Below are positions 62,545 to 64,000 of a DNA stretch of 64,000 nt, piece by piece. Every line of letters starts with the position of its first letter. The first letter of the stretch is position 1. This DNA comes from Camelus ferus (taxonomy: Eukaryota), in contig NC_045697.1 of the NCBI RefSeq assembly GCF_009834535.1, positions 75,022,001 to 75,086,000 on the forward strand, written 5' to 3'. A program made the position numbers and the translations under genes. The notes below the pieces were generated by a model. The model saw only the letters and a list, made by a program, of their open reading frames with translations. It was not told the DNA's origin and searched no databases.

Positions 62545-64000
62545 TCTTAAAAATATATTGAACTATAATTCATATGCCATGAAATTTACCCTTTTGAAGT
62601 GTGCAGTTGTGTTTTTGAGTTATATTCACAATGTTGTGCAACTGCTACCACTATGAAATCCCAGAATTTTGTCATCCCTACAAAAAACAACCCTGTACTC
62701 AATCCTCCTTGACAGTAGCCCTGAAAATCACTGATCTACTTTCTGTCTGTATAAATTTGCCTATTCTGGACATTTCTTATGAATGGCATCCTACAATATG
62801 TGGCTTTTTGAGCCTAAGCTCTTTCATTTTGCATAATATTCTCAAAGTTCATCATGTTGTAGCATATATCACTACTTCATTGCCTTTTATGACGAAATAA
62901 TACTTCATTTTATGAATGAACCACGTTTTTCTTATCCATTCATCAACTGATGGGCAATTCAGTGGTTTCTACTTTTAGGGTATTATAAATGTTTATAGGT
63001 TGCTATAAACATTGATATATTATATATATTGCGTAGCACCATTCTTTCTTTCTTTTAATTGCATATTCTTTTTTTTTGAAGTATAGTCAGTTTACAATGT
63101 GTCAATTTCTGGTATACAGCATAATGTTTCAGTCATACATATACATTCATACATTCATTTTCATATTATTTTTTTCATTATAGAGTACTACAAGATATTG
63201 AATATAGTTCCCTGTGCTATACAGAAGAAACTTGTTGTTTATCTATTTTATATATAGTAGTTAATATTTGCAAGTCTCAAATCCCCAATTTAGAGGCATT
63301 GTATCATTAATGTGATTATGAACTTTAAAGTGAGATTGCTGGATATTATGATAACTCTATGTTTAACTTTTCAGGAACTTCCAAAATGTTCTCCAAAGTA
63401 GCTGCAGTATTTTACATTTTCACCAGTGATATATGAGGAGTCCATTTTTCCACACCCTGGGGGGAAAAAAAAAGAAACTTGGTATCTTGCATCTCTTTGA
63501 TTCTAGTTATCATAATGGATGTGAAGTGTTATCTAATTGTAGTTTCGATTTGTATTTCTCTGACAGCTAGTGATGTTGAGCATCTTTTCATATGCTTATT
63601 AGCAATTTCTTCATATATGGACTCATGGATATATATGTTATGCTTTGAGTTACAATCCATACAATTTTACTTATTTTATAACTCAAATTGTCCATTTCTT
63701 GAGGAGAAGTGTCCATTCAAATGCTTTGTCTATTTTTAAATTGGGATGTCTTTTTTATTGTTGAATTAGAAGAGTTCTTTATAAATTGTGAATAATTTCT
63801 TTTAACAGATATATGAATTACAAATATTTTCTTCATTCTGTAGGCTGTCTTTTTTTTTTTTTTTTTTTGGACAGTGTCCTTTGAAGCACAAAAGTTACTA
63901 ATTTTGATGAAGTCCAGTTTATCTATTTTTTTCTTTTGGTTTGTGTTTTTGATATAATTTACCAGAAACTATTACCGAATGAAGTTTATTAAAATTTATA
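62545..64000 (-). mobile_element. L1MB-type 3' region running off the window end
   Basis: TATAATTCATATGCCATGAAATTTACCCTTTTGAAGTGTGCAG...TGATCTACTTTCTGTCTGTATAAATTTGCCTATTCTGGACATTTC...GTGTCCTTTGAAGCACAAAAG. Confidence 0.9.
63040..63291 (-). mobile_element. Nested lineage-specific L1 3'UTR fragment
   Basis: TTTTTTTGAAGTATAGTCAGTTTACAATGT...ACAAGATATTGAATATAGTTCCCTGTGCTATACAG; homologous to 27200-27480 and 61190-61385. Confidence 0.85.

Overview
AT-rich, CpG-poor mammalian genomic DNA, most likely from a camelid. That assignment is inferred from a tRNA-derived SINE at 57342-57541 that resembles the camelid SINE as I recall it. I found no recognisable intact protein-coding gene, rRNA, tRNA gene, CRISPR array or CpG island. 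Almost all listed ORFs are chance ORFs or transposon remnants. The window is dominated by interspersed repeats: L1, L2, MIR, MaLR/ERVL LTRs and hAT DNA transposons. The largest element is a ~7.35 kb decayed class I (ERV1, MER4-group-like) provirus at 47606-54953. It has two diverged LTRs, remnants of gag, RNase H, integrase and env TM, no recognisable protease or RT, a partly deleted 5' LTR and a nested antisense solo LTR. Most L1 fragments lie on the minus strand, and there is one strong plus-strand exon candidate (22536-22618, with a strong-Kozak ATG). Together these suggest a large intron of a plus-strand gene that I cannot identify. The sequence does not support a novel multi-gene system. 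The best leads are the orphan exon, the ERV architecture, a perfect 23-bp fold-back in an L1 3'UTR and a few motif-rich repeat-free segments. Repeat families are called from recalled consensus sequences without any search, and boundaries of old repeats are approximate.
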